In this document: piece after piece, positions 1-13,264 of the stretch | How positions within the stretch are numbered: position 1 is the stretch's first letter | Layout: every line of letters starts with the position of its first letter | Assembly (NCBI GenBank): GCA_030390025.1 | Contig: CM059425.1 | Location: 171,246,001-171,310,000 of the forward strand | Direction: 5' to 3' | Source: Squalus acanthias | Taxonomy: Eukaryota | Length of the DNA: 64,000 bases | Position numbers and translations under genes: made by a program | The notes under the pieces: generated by a model | The model's input: only the letters and a program-made list of their open reading frames with translations | Databases searched by the model: none | Told to the model about the DNA's origin: nothing

Positions 1-875
1 GATGAGGTGGAGGGCTGTTGTAGGCTGCAAAGAGACATTGATAGGATGCAGAGCTGGGCCAAAAATGGCAGATGGAATTTAACCCTGATAAGTGCGAGGT
101 GATTCATTTTGGTAGGGCAAATTTGAATAAGGAATACAGGGTCAACGGCAGGGTTCTGAGGAACATGGAGGAACAGAGGGATCTGGGGGTTCATATCCAC
201 AGATCTCTGAAGGTTGCCACTCAAGTGGATAGAGCAGTAAAGAAGGCCTATAGTGTGTTAGCGTTTATTAACAAGGGGTTTGAGTTTAAGAACCGTGAGG
301 TTATGCTGCAACTGTACAGGACCTTGGTGAGACCACATTTGGAATATTGTGTGCAGTTCTGGTCACCTCACTATAGGAAGGACGTGGAAGCATTGGAAAG
401 AGTGCAAAGGAGATTTACCAGGATGCTGCCTGGTTTGGGGGGGAGGTCTTATGAGGAAAGATTGAGGGAGCTAGGGCTTTTCTCTTTAGAGCAGAGGAGG
501 ATGAGCGGCGACTTAATAGAGGTTTATAAGATGATGAGGGGGATAGATAGAGTGGATGTTCAGAGACTATTTCCTCGGGTGGATGTAGCTGTTACAAGGG
601 GGCATAACTATAAGGTGCATGGGGGGAGATATAGAAGGGATGTCCGAGGTAGATTCTTTACTCAGAGAGTGGTTGGGGTGTGGAATGGACTGCCTGCTGT
701 GATAGTGGAGTCGGACACTTTAGGAACTTTCAAGCGGTTATTGGATAAGCACATGGAGCACACCAGAATGATAGGGAGTGGGATAGCTTGATCTTGGTTT
801 CGGACAATGCTCGGCACAACATCGAGGGCCGAAGGGCCTGTACTGTGCTGTACTGTTCTATGTTCTATGTTCTAT
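1..875 (+). mobile_element. CR1 LINE 3' end (ORF2 C-terminus and tail), continues beyond window start
   Basis: ORF 72-791 has CR1 motifs QMEFNPDKCEVIHFG and [15 protein letters not shown]; ends in (TTCTATG)n tail ~856-875. Confidence 0.95.
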
Positions 876-925
876 CACAATTCCCGCGCTGATTTTCGGG
901 GGGGGGGCTATCGAATTTTGCCCCC
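876..925. mobile_element. Right terminus of a Harbinger-type MITE
   Basis: Ends AATTTTGCCCCC (rc GGGGGCAAAATT), the terminus type shared by other MITEs here. Confidence 0.55.
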
Positions 926-1168
926 TATGTTTTTTAACTTATAAAAAAAATTCTGATGGTGAACACAGTCTATCTTCATCTCCCTTTACATTGTTTGATA
1001 GATTTTAGCTGTGTGCTTCGATATGTTTACTAACATGTAGTCTTTTATTTGGTGCGATAGACTCTAGCAATATATATGACTCAGTGTTCAAAGGAAAGTT
1101 ATGCACAGAAGAGACTTCACTGCTGTACCACCGTGCAGTCACTCACACAGACAAAATATGGCAGGGCT

Positions 1169-2795
1169 CATAGAAACATAGAAGATAGGAGCAGGAGTAG
1201 GCCATTCGGCCCCTCGAGCCTGCTCCGCCATTTGATGAGATCATGGCTGATCATCCAAACTCAGTACCCAGTCCCTGCCTTCTCCCCATATTCCTTGATA
1301 CCTTTAGCCTTAAGAAATATATCTAAATCCTTCTTGAATATATTTACTGACTTGGCCTCAACTGCCTTCTGTGGTAGAGAATTCCACAGGTTCACCACTC
1401 TCTGGGTGAAGTAATTCCTCCTCATCTCTGTCCTAAATGGCTTACCCCTTATCTTTAGACTGTGACCTCTTGTTCTGGACTCACCCGCCATCGGGAACAT
1501 CCTTCCTGCATCCAGTCTGTCTAGCCCTGTTAGAATTTTATAAGTTTCAATGAGATCCCCTCTCATTCTTCTAAACTCTAGCGAATATAAGCCTAATCGA
1601 CCCAATCTCTCCTCATACATCATTCCTGCCATCCCAGGTATCAGTCTGGTAAATCTTCGCTGCACTCCCTCCATGGCAAGAACATCCTTCCTCAGATAAG
1701 GCGACCAAAACTGCACACAATACTCAAGGTGTGGTCTCACCAAGGCCCTGTACAGCTGCAGCAAGACATCCTTGTTCCTGTACTCAAACCCTCTCGCTAC
1801 GAAGGCCAACATACCATTTGCCTTCTTAACCGCCTGCTGCACCTGCATGCTTACCTTCAGCGACTGGTGCACAAGGACACCCAGGTTTTGTTGCACTTCC
1901 CCTTCTCCCAATCGATTGCCATTCAGATAATAATCTGCCTTTCTGTTTTTGACACCAAAGTGGATAACCTCGCATTTATCCACATTATACTTGCATCTGC
2001 CATGCGTCTGCCCAATCACCCAACCTGTCCAAATCATACTGGAGTTTACCGGCATCCTCCTCGCAGCACACATGTCCACCCAGCTTTGTGTCGTCTGCAA
2101 ACTTGGAGATATTACATCTAGTTCCCTCGTCTAGATCATTAATATATATTGTGAATAGCTGGGGTCCTAGGACCGATCCCTGCGGAACCCCACTAGTCAC
2201 TGCCTGCCACTCAGAAAAAGACCCGTTTATTCCAACTCTTTGTTTCCTGTCTGCCAACCAGTTCTCTATCCAAGTCAGTACCTTGCCCCCAATCCCATGT
2301 GCCTTAACTTTACACGCTAATCTCTTATGCGGGACCTTATCGAAAGCCTTCTGAAAGTCCAAATACACCACATCCACTGGATCTCCCTTATCTATTCTAT
2401 CAGTTACATCCTCAAAAAATTCCAGTAGATTAGTCAAGCATGATTTACCTTTTATAAATCCATGTTGACTTTGTCCAATCCTGTCACTGTTTTCCAAGTG
2501 CTCTGCTATTACATCTTTTATAATGGACTCTAGCATTTTCCCCACAACCGATGTCAGGCTTACCGGTCTATAATTCCCCGTTTTTTCTTTACCACCTTTT
2601 TTGAACAGTGGGGTAACATTAGCTACCCTCCAATCCATGGGAACTGTTCCAGAGTCTATAGAATTTTGGAAGGTGACCAGCAATGCATCTACTATTTCTA
2701 GGGCCACTTCCTTAAGTACCCTAGGATGTAGATTATCAGGCCCTCGGGATTTATCGGTCTTTAATGCCGTCAATTTCCCTAACACCATTTCCCTA
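1169..2795 (-). mobile_element. 5'-truncated CR1 LINE, RT domain with frameshift
   Basis: ORFs 1985-2788 and 1261-2100 with [24 protein letters not shown]; tail catagaaacatag at 1169. Confidence 0.95.
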
Positions 2796-3345
2796 CATGC
2801 TCTTGGTGCAACACATACTGAAGACTGTGTGTGTGAGGATGGTGGGTGGGGTTAGGATCAGACTCGGCTGTGAGGTTCCTCATGGTCAATATAACTGGCC
2901 GACACTCACTGCCAGGCTTCTAATAGGAAGAGTAGCACCTTGGGTAAGGTGCTGGACAACTGCTGGTGCCCATGCAACTGTGTCCAGCGTAACTCAGTAC
3001 CTCCAGAAGGAAAGGGAAGATAAACAAATTCTGGCCTTCCTTATGAAGAGTGCGTTGGCAAATTGAAACCAGGTAGCTGAAGTAGGACATTTTTAGTACA
3101 CTACAACCCCTAGTGCTTTTTGTTATTATATAGCCACAATTTTTTTAAATCATGAAAATCCCTGCATTTCCATTAATTGTTCTTACATGGCAGAGATCTT
3201 GAATTTAATATTGAGAACCTGATGGCTTGTGGAATGGTGGGAACTTATTTATTGGGATGTACTCTAAAGTACAGTAGTAGAAGAGTAAAAATAGTGTGAC
3301 CCAAAACATCATAAATTTCCACATTTTCATTAATAATTAAAAATT

Positions 3346-4082
3346 GGCCCAGATATTCCGATTGCAGGCCTCCCGCGGGCGGAGGGCTGCGATGTGGAAA
3401 AATCTGCGCCCTTACCTGAGGGCTCCCGGGAGGCGTACAGTTCCAAACTGCCGGTGTGCAGGGCCCACGTATCCCAGAGGCGCAGGTAGTTCGCAGCGTC
3501 CCTGGGATCACGTGGACCATGGGGAGCCAATCAGAGAACGGAATCTCCCTTCATACATTTGACAGGAAGACCTGTCAAATATATGAATGGAGATCACCCC
3601 CAAAACATAGTAAAACTTCAAATAAATTTTTTAAAAATCACATTTTTAAAATGACTTGAAATTACATAAATTAACTATTTTAAACAAATATTTAAATTTT
3701 TGAAAAAAATAATTAAAGTTTTTAACGGGGCTAAAAATAAACTTACCTTTCTTTAAAGTATTTTTAAATGATAAATCAGTGGAAATTTTTTTTTTACTTT
3801 TTTCAACTCTTATCCTGGTAAAAGCAGGCCTTACGCCTGCTTTTACCAGACGCAAGAATTGTAAGTGTTTTCTGCGGGCAGAGGGTCTCCAAAAAGTGGA
3901 ACAATCTGCCCGCAGAGGCCCTTCTCCAGGGCAGCCGGAGGATCTGTTAAGACCATTCTTGACAGATCGGAAATGCCGGTTTCCAGCGCATGTGCAGTGC
4001 ATGCCTAAAACCGGCATTTCCAATGTCCCTACGGGTGGGTACACAGCGCGTACCCATCCGGAGGGATCGGAATATCCGGCCC
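3346..4082 (-). mobile_element. Harbinger-type MITE (hairpin-array family)
   Basis: TIRs GGCCCAGATATTCCGAT / ATCGGAATATCCGGCCC; reverse-complement homolog of 33523-34197; flanks ATT/AAC do not match as a TSD. Confidence 0.8.
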
Positions 4083-5169
4083 AACAAGTCCTATCTTTGA
4101 GTCGTAGCTGTTGTAGTCATTACAATGAAAGTGATAACATTTAAATAATTTTATTATTTCACCAAATTGGGTAACAATCAATACAACACAATCTGATTCT
4201 ATAGGAGATGGCACTACCTTTGCAAGATATCAAAGTCTCCTCCAACTAGGATCAGCGATTCTTTCATCGTCTTTTAAACCAATTAACCACGATTTAAAAA
4301 TTCATGCACTGTATATCTAAGAAAGTTTTCCCTTTTTTGATGAACATGATTACAAACAGAGTAGACAGGGTCCATTAGGATCTTATACTAGAAACCATTT
4401 GACTCAATAAAAACAGAGATCTTGGCAACATGTTGCAGATGCTACACAAAGCTGCCTTGGTGATAGATGAGGTAATAAACGCACTAATATCATGAGTGTA
4501 ACAAATAGACACTCGAATGGGTAGTACTATAATCTGTGATTATTTAAGTTATAATGGATGACCATCTGCACAGCTCTGGAGAATTGAGGACAGGCAGGTC
4601 AAGTCCTTCAATCAGTGGCCTCAATTCTCTGTTACAAAGAAGATAGGTCCATTATTAGTATTAAATCTTACCACTTAAGTGTGAAAACGTTGCCATGGTT
4701 GCTGTCTTGCTGAACCTCTGTGGACTTTGTGAGAGAATCCAGCACATTGAACGTAATCTACAAAAGCAGTGTTTTAAGCTTGGTACTGAGTGGAGACGTC
4801 ACTTTTTGTGTCTTCTTTACTGTGAACAATCATTAGTTAAGAGCTGCAGTGACTCATTTTGTAGGATACTTGGAAAAGGAAAGGTGTTGCTTTTGATTTT
4901 TTTTTAAAGGGTACATGCCCTTCTATGAGAACATGCACCTGCTGTGTCTAACGGGCATGTGGGCTGCTCCCAGATCACTGCCAATATGGCCTATGGCCAG
5001 CCAATATGATGTAGCCCAGTGGACACTTCCAATCTGATTTTTCCTCGGGTCCTCATTTGGCACCTCCTATACAGTACGGCTTGGGATGGAGAACCTAACA
5101 GAGCGGAGGACTGAATCTGTGTCCCTGTATTGTGTAGTGTTGTACACTGGAGCCCCATATAGATCGCTA

Positions 5170-7175
5170 CAAAATTAGAGGGCTTGACAGGGTAGATGCT
5201 GAGAGGTTGGTTCCCCTGGCTGGAGAGTCGAGAACTAGGGGTCATGTTTTTAATATTCGTTCATGGGATGTGGGCATCACTGGCAAGGCTAGCATTTATT
5301 GCCCATCCCGAGTTGCCCTTGAGAAGGTGGTGGCAAGCCACCTTCTTGAACCAATGCAGTCCGTGTGGTGAAGGTACTCCCACAGTGCTGTTAGGGAGGG
5401 AGTTCCAGGGTTTTGACCCAGAGACGATGAAGGAACGGCGATATACTTCCAAGTCAGGATGCTGTGTGACTTGGAGGGGAACTTGAAGGTGGTGGTGTTC
5501 CCATGCACCTGCTGCCCTTGTCCTTCTAGGTGGAAGAGGTCGGGAGTTTGGGTGGTGCTGCCAAAGAAGCCTTGGCGAGTTGCTGCAGTGCATCTTGTAG
5601 ATGGTACACACTGCAGCCACGGTACACCGGTGGTGGAGGGAGTGAATGTTTAAGGTGGTGCATGCGGTGCCAATCAAGTGGGCTGCTTTGTCTTGGATGG
5701 TGTCGAGCTTCTTGAATGTTGTTGGAGCTGCTCATCCAGGCAAGTGGAGAGTATTCTATCACATTCCTGACTTGTGCCTTTTAGATGGTGGGGAGTCAGG
5801 AGGTGAGACACTCGGCGCAGAATACCCAGCCTCTGACCTGATCTTGTTGCCACAGTATTTATGTGGCTGGTCCAGTTACGTTTCTGGTCAATGGTGACCC
5901 CCAGGATATTGATGATGGGGGATTCAGCAATGGTAATGCCATTGAATGTCAAGGGGCGGTTGTTAGACGTTCGCTTGTTGGAGATAGTCATTGCCTGGCA
6001 CTTGTGTGGCGCAAATGTTACCTGCCACTTATCAGCCCAAGCCTGAATGTCGTCCAGGTCTTGCTGCATGCGGGCATGGACTGCTTTATTATCTGTGGAG
6101 TTGCGAATGGCACTGAATACTGTGCAGTCATCAGCGAACATCCCCACTTCTGACCTTATGCTGAGGGGAAGGTCATTGATGAAGCAGCTGAAGATGGTTG
6201 GGCCTAGGACACTGCCCTGAAGAACTCCTGCAGTGATGTCCTGGGGCTGTGATGATTGACCTCCAACCACCACAACCATCTTCCTTTGTGCTAGGTATGA
6301 CTCCAGCCAGTGGAGAGTTTTCCCCGCGATTCCCATTGACTTCAGTTTTACTAGGGCTCCTTGATGCCACACTCGGTCAAATGCTGCCTTGATGTAAAGG
6401 GCAATCACTCTTACCTCACCTCTGGAATTCAGCTCTTTTGTCCATGTTTGGATCAAGGCTGTAATGAGGTCTGGAGTCGAGTGGTCCTGGCGGAACCCAA
6501 ACTGGGCATCAGTGAGCAGGTTATTGGAGAGTAAGTGCTGCTTGATAGCACTGTCGACGACACCTTCCATCACTTTGCTGATGATTGAGAGTAGACTGAT
6601 GGCCGGATTGGATTTGTCCTGCTTTTTGTGGACAGGACATACCTGGGCAGTTTTCCACATTGTCGGATAGATGGCAGTGTTATAGCTGTACTGGAACAGC
6701 TTGGCTTGAGGCGTGGCTTGTTTTGGAGCACAAGTCTTCAGCACGACAGCTGGGATGTTGTCGGGGCCCATAGCCTTTGCTGTAACCAGTGCGCTCAGCT
6801 GTTTCTTGTATCACGTGGAGTGAATCGAATTGGCTGAAGACTGGCTTCTGTGGTGGTGGGGACCTCAGGAGGAGGCCCTTGCCCTTCATAGTTTCGGGAT
6901 AAGGGGTCGGCCATTTAGGACTGAGATGAGGAGAAATTTCTTCACTCAGAGGGTTGTGAATCTTTGGAATTCTCTACCCCAGAGGTTGTGGAGGCTCAGT
7001 TGTGAATATATTCAAGACCGAGATCCATAGATTTTCGGGCTCTAAGGGAATCAAGGGATATGGAGATAGAGCGGGAAAGTGGAGTTGATGTAGAAGATCA
7101 GCCATAATCTTATCGAATGGCGGAGGAGGCTCAAGGGGCCGTATGGCCTACTCCTGCTCCTATTTCTTTGTTCTT
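5170..7175 (+). mobile_element. CR1 3' fragment split by another LINE (5170-5245 and 6886-7175)
   Basis: ...LESRTRGH interrupted and resumed at tcatagtttcgggataaggggtcgg (HSFGIRGRPFRTEMRRNFFTQRVV). Confidence 0.85.
5246..6885 (-). mobile_element. 5'-truncated LINE of a second CR1/L2-group family
   Basis: ORF 5674-6771: GPDNIPAVVLK, AQFGFR, AAFDRVWH, QGSVLGP, FADD; 3' end attcgttcatgggatgtggg recurs at ~19550 and ~41795. Confidence 0.9.
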
Positions 7176-7829
7176 AAAGTCAGATAATATGAATTGCTAA
7201 ATAAAAAAGACTTATAAATAAGTTTACGAGTGGAAATTTAGGCTGGATGTGATAAAGAATGCTCGTCTATCTCATAATGGATTAGTAATGCGTTGAGTCA
7301 ATGTGGGAAATGGTGTGAACGATCCTTACTAGTCTTAACTGAAATCCTGAGGCTATCAGTAGTCAATTTTTAACAGTCAACAGCCAATCAGAAGGCAGGC
7401 ACTTTGACAGGTATAATAAAATATCATATTCTTAAAACAGTGTTCAAATAAATCTATTGTAAGGCATGGTGACATTGGCAGGTAAGTGAGACGTGTGCGC
7501 GGCCCAGCAACACAGGGCAGTAGTATGGGTTTATCCGACACTGACCCCCAACATTAAGATTAAAACTTGCAGTAACTTTAAAAATAATAGATCATAAAAT
7601 GACTTGTAACGGAGTTTACAATCTTGATGACGATCTACTCGTTGCTCTCGTTCCCTATGCAGGTTGAAAACGATATCAACTTTTATCTTAATGATATGTG
7701 AAGATGTGTGCTTTTTGCTAATATAAATCAATATGCCAAGGGAGTTGAGATTGTGACGCATGCTTAAAAAGTGCTAAAGCATTACAAGTGCGCTAACAAA
7801 AAGTGGGAGTCTCAGACGAGAATGGATAG

Positions 7830-8220
7830 TGAAGTGTGGTGGCATCATTTTTTTTGACCTCACTGACTCGAGTTTAAATCCAGACTGATGGGTTGCAGAT
7901 CTCTCTCTGCTGCCTGTAGGTCTGACATGAATGGATTTGGACAGCCTCAATCAAGGATTTAATGAGTGCAACTGCACAGGACAAAACTACCATAATTCTG
8001 CACTAATTTCAAGGCCAAGAAGTTGGCTGATGTGAGAAATAGAAATGTCACACTGGTGTTGTAGCAGGTGTTCTTCTGAGGTTGCAGATAAGGTGCTTTG
8101 TTCAGACAAAGCAGAGGCAGCTTTATTCGCATCTCACTGTGCTGTGCTGGAATCTGTAATGTTGACACTTATTTATGTTGTCATACTGTAAAATGTTCTA
8201 TTTCTCCAAGACTGATGTTA
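7830..8220 (+). mobile_element. Old degenerate SINE-like repeat (related pieces near 17500-18400, 29880-29990, 61045-61380)
   Basis: Shared stretches such as ctcctctctctgctg...gaaatgagtttgggcagtctc across copies; family not identified. Confidence 0.4.
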
Positions 8221-8675
8221 TTAAGTCCAAATAAATTATCTTGGCCAATGCACATACCCAACCGGTAGAATCAACGTAAACACAATAATACTGGGTGGAA
8301 CCAAAAAAAATAGAAAATAAGGGTTAGCAGACAAAACGCAACTTGATATTCGATAGATTTGGATTCAGCACTGTGAGAAAGTTTGCTTTTCCTCATTTAT
8401 TTATTGTCCTGCATCTCCCGCATTATCCCCAAAATATCAGCTAAAAACAATGTCACTAACAGCATTATTTTTTCAATCTTAGTGTACCTTATATGACCAA
8501 ATGCTTCTTCTAATAGTGAACTCAAATCTCCACTTAAAATTTGTCAAACTGTATTTCCACTGACCTGCTCAGAAGCATATTGATTTTCATCTAATTGGTT
8601 TACAAGATTTTGTATTTAAAAACCTCTGTATAAATGTACAAAAACCTAAACCTAATTCGTTTAACCAGTAAACCA

Positions 8676-9386
8676 ATGTGCACAGCGTACGCCATCGTAA
8701 GCCTTGTGAAAAGCTCCGCAAGTTTCGGATTTGCCCGGGAGTTGCGATCTGTCAAAGTTCGCCTCGACAGATCCTCCGAATTGAAAGAAAAATCACTTTC
8801 GCTGGCGCAGAGTTGGGCTATTTGCCCAACTACTGCCCAGCAAATGCCCACAAAACCCTTACGCCTGGTAAAAGCAGGCATAGGGCCTGCTTTCACCAGT
8901 GTAAGGGTTAATATAAATGTAAATAAAATAAAAATAAAAAATCATCCACAAACTTTTAAAATTAGTTTATTTAAATTTTGGCCTGGATTAAAATATTTAA
9001 AATTATTTTTCAAAAAATTTAATTTTTATTGTAAATGCTTCATTAAAGGAACTTTTAATTAAATGTGAAAATGGAAACATTTTTTTAATTAGAATTGTGT
9101 AAATTGTTTAATAATTTGGGGATTCCATTGCTTGTCATTAGGGGATTCTGTTCGGAAATGACAGCAATGGAATCCTCCTTTCTGATAGGAGGACCTGGCC
9201 CATGTGATCCCAGGGACACTTCCGAGCCGCCTGCGTCCCTGGGATCCATGGGCCCTTACGCAGGCGTATGCCTGCAGGCCCAGGACCCAAAGTCTCAGAA
9301 GCCTGGGAGCCAGCAGGTAGGTTCGTATTATTTTTAGGGTCGGAGGCGCACTCCGGAGGTACGCCTCCGACCGCAAATTCCAGCCC
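8676..9386 (+). mobile_element. Harbinger-type MITE, left TIR missing
   Basis: Shares ctggtaaaagcaggc hairpin and gatctgtcaa...gacagatc with 33523 copy; right end AAATTCCAGCCC. Confidence 0.75.
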
Positions 9387-9427
9387 ACAGTGTTTGATTT
9401 AAATACATGCATAAAAAGTTACAATTT

Positions 9428-9493
9428 AAAGGAAGACTTAGATTTATATAGCGCCTTTTACAACCTCAGGACGTCCCAAAGCACTTTACAGCC
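9428..9493 (-). mobile_element. DeuSINE tail fragment
   Basis: Reverse complement of ggctgtaaagtgctttgggacgtcctgagg tail of full copies. Confidence 0.7.
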
Positions 9494-12400
9494 ATAGAAA
9501 CATAGAATATAGGAGCAGGAGTAGGCCATTCGGCCCCTCGAGCCTGCTCCGCCATTCGATGAGATCATGGCTGATCATCCAAACTCAGTACCCTGTACCT
9601 GCCTTCTCCCCATATCCCTTGATACCTTTAGCTTTAAGAAATATATCTAACTCCTTCTTGAATATATTTAATGACTTGGCCTCAATGACCTTCTGTGGTG
9701 GAGAATTCCACAGGTTCACCACTCTCTGGGTGAAGAAATTCTTCCTCATTTCTGTCTTTAATGGCTTACCCCTTATCCTTAGATTATGACCCCTGGTTCT
9801 GGACTCTCCGACCATCGGGAACATTCTTCCTGCATCTAGTTTGTCCAGACCTGTCAGAATTTTATATGTTTCAATGAGATCCCCTCTCATTCTTCTATAC
9901 TCCAGCGAGTATAAGCCCAATCGATCCAATCTCTCCTCATATGTCATTCCTGCCATCCCAGGTATCAGCCTTGTGAATCTTCGCTGAACTCCTTCCATGG
10001 CAAGAACATCCTTCCTCAGATAAGGCGACCAAAACTGCACACAGTACTCAAGGTGTGGTCTCACCAAGGCCCTGTACAACTGCAGCAGGACATCCCTGTT
10101 CCTATACGCAAACCCTTTCGCTATGAAGGCCAACATACCATTTGCCTTCTTCACCGCCTGCTGCACCTGCATGCTTACCTTCAGCGACTGGTGCACAAGG
10201 ACACCCAGGTCTCGTTGCACTTCCCCTTCTCCCAATCTATTGCCATTCAGATAATAGTCTGCCTTTCTGTTTTTGACACCAAAGTGGATAACCTCGCATT
10301 TATCCACGTTATATTGCATCTGCCACGCTTCTGCCCACTCACCCAACCTGTCCAAATCATCCTGGAGTTTCTCAGTATCCTCCTCGGAGCACACACGCCC
10401 ACCCAGCTTTGTGTCATCTGCAAACTTGGAGATATTACATTTAGTTCCCTTGTCTAGATCATTAATGTATATTGTGAATATTTGGGGTCCAAGGACCGAA
10501 CCCTGCGGTACCCCACTAGTCACTGCCTGCCACTCGGGAAAAGACCCATTAATTCCTACTCTCTGCTTTCTGTCCGCCAACCTGTTCTTTATCCAAGTCA
10601 ATACCTTGCCCCCAATCCCATGTGCCTTAACTTTACACGCTAATCTCTTATGCGGGACCTTATCGAAAGCCTTTTGAAAGTCCAAATACACCACATCTAC
10701 TGGTTCTCCCTTATCTATTTCCCAGTTACATCCTCAAAAAATTCCAGTAGATTAGTCAAGCACGATTTACCTTTTGTAAATCCATGTTGACTTTGTCCGA
10801 TCCTGTCACTGTTTTTCAAGTGCTCAGCTATTACATCCTTTATAATGGACTCTAGCATTTTCCCCAATACCGATGTCAGGCTTACCGGTCTGTAATTCCC
10901 TGCTTTCTCTCTACCACCCTTTTTGAATAGTGGGGTAACATTAGCTACCCTCCAATCCATGGGTACAGTTCCAGATTCCATCGAATGTTGGAAGATGATC
11001 AGCAATGCATCTACTATTTCTAGGGCCACTTCCTTAAGTACCCTAGGATGTAGATTATCAGGCCCTGGGGATTTATCGGCCTTCAATCCCGTCAATTTCC
11101 CTAACACCATTTCCCTGCAAATACTGATTTCTTTCAGTTCCTCCCTTTCATCAGACCCTATGTTCTCCAACATCTCTGGGAGGTTATTTGTGTCCTCCTT
11201 TGTGAAGACAGAACCAAAATATGCATTTAATTGGTCTGCCATTTCTTTGTTCCCCATTATAACTTACCCCACTTCTGACTGCAAGGGACCTACACTTGAT
11301 TTCACTAATCTTTTTCTCTTCACATATCTATAAAAGCTCTTACAGTCAGTTTTTATGTTCCCTGCAAGCTTACTCTCGTATTCTATTTTCCCCTTCTTAA
11401 TTAATCCCTTTGTCCTCCTTTGTTGAATCCTAAACTGCTCCCAATCCTCAGGGTTACCGCTTTTTCTGGCCAATTTATATGCCCTCTCCTTGGATCTTAT
11501 GCTATCCCTAATTTCCCTTGTTAGCCACGGTTGAGTCACCCTTTTTGTTTTATTCTTATGCCACACTGGGATGAACAAATTCTGTAGTTCATCCATGCAG
11601 TCTTTGAATGTTTGCTATTGCCTATCCGCCGTCAACCCTTTGAGTGACATTCCCCAATCAATCCTACCCAATTCGCGCCTTATACCATCGTACTTTCTTT
11701 TATTTAAATTCAGGACCCTAGTCTCTGATTCAACTACTTCACTCTCCATCCTAATGAAGAATTCTATCATATTATGATCACTCTGACCCAAGGGGCCTCG
11801 TACAACAAGATTGCTAATTAATCCTTTCTCGTTACATAATACCCAGTCTAAGATGGCCTGATCTCTGGTTGGTTCCTCGACATATTGGGCCAAAAATTCA
11901 TCCTGCTGCGCGAGAGTACGCACTGCGTACTCTCGCGTATTCCCTCTGCAATTGCTGGTTTCTGCATGCCCTGCGCATGCGCTGAAAACCGGCAATTGCT
12001 CTTTTGAAAAGGGGGCGGTTCCTCGGTGCATCGCGTGCGCGCTACAGGCTGCGCGCACGCTGTGCACTTCATGCTTTGGACGCGCAGGTAAGTACTGAAG
12101 ATTTTAGAAATGGAAAAAGGAGGAGTAAGACCCACTTTTAACAAGGTAAGTAGTGAATTAAGTATTTTTTTGAATTTTTTTTAACAGGTATATCTTTTTT
12201 AGAGACTTTAAAGACAGGTAAGTTTATTTTTATAACTTTTTAAAAGATTTTAAATTTTTTCAAAAATTTAATTTTTTATTTAAAATGGTTAATTTATTTA
12301 ACTATACTTATTTTATTAATGTGATGTTTTTTTTTAAATTTAATTGAGGTTTAGCTGTTATTTTGGGGGGGTGTAAGATTCATAGATTTCACAGCACGTA

Positions 12401-13197
12401 TGTGAAACTTATGAATGGAAGATGGTGTGCTGCCATTGGCTCTAACTGAGTCACGTGATCCCACAGCTCGCACGAATTCACTACGCCGGTGGGATACGCA
12501 AGCACTGCCCGGCTGATGTCTGGAACATCAAGTTCGTGCGAGCTGGATCTGAAAAAGCACAAGCGGAGTGAGAGATCGCGGGGAAGGCTTACCCCCGCGG
12601 GAACAGAGCGAGATCAATTTCTGGGCCATTGTTCCAGAAAACCATCCCGTAAACATTCTAGGAATTCCTCCTCCACAGTATTTTTACTAATTTGGTTAGC
12701 TCAATCTATATGTAAATTAAAGTCACCCATGATGACTGCTGTGCCCTTACTGCATGCTTCTCCAATTTCCCTTTTAATGCCGTCCCCAACCTCCGTATTA
12801 CTGTTTGGAGGTCTATATACCACGCCCACTAACGTTTTCTGCCCCTTGTTATTTCTCAGTTCTACCCATACGGATTCCGCATCATCAGAGCTAATATCCT
12901 TCCTTTCAATTGTGTTAATCCCCTCTTTAACCAGCAATGCTACCCCACCTCCCTTTCTTTTTTGCCTATCTTTCCTAAATATTGAATACCCCTGGATGTT
13001 GAGTTCCCAGCCTTGGCCACCCTGGAGCCATGTTTCTGTAATCCCAATCAAATCGTATTCATTTACCTCTATTTGCGCAGCTAATTCATCCACCTTGTTC
13101 CGAATGCTCCTTGCATTAAGACACAAAGCCTTCAGGCTTGTTTTTTTAACGCTCTCAGACCTATATGAATTATTATTTACTGTGACCATGCTGTGAC
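9494..13197 (-). mobile_element. CR1 LINE with nearly complete ORF2 (APE endonuclease + RT), disrupted
   Basis: 12701-13204 LNARSIRNK/ITETW/VYRPP/MGDFN; QSDHNMI; RT in 9585-10694; frameshifts and a MITE insertion; candidate TSD cagcca(ta) at 9489 and 13198. Confidence 0.95.
11887..12627 (+). mobile_element. Harbinger-type MITE inserted in CR1 endonuclease
   Basis: TIRs GGGCCAAAAATTCATC / GATCAATTTCTGGGCC, TSD ATT; removal restores CR1 DGFLEQYVEEP. Confidence 0.9.
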
Positions 13198-13264
13198 CAG
13201 CCATAATTCAACTTGGCTGTCACTTCTGATGTTACCTCTAGTGCATCCAATTTAGCCTCGTCAA

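Noticed and set aside
1729..2855. Plus-strand ORFs over CR1 (also 10053-11333, 52791-53333)
   Set aside because: Antisense shadow frames of CR1 ORF2
3646..4144. ORFs with recurring VKAG.RPAFT motif (also 8600-9062, 33542-33793)
   Set aside because: Motif is the translation of a DNA palindrome and appears on both strands
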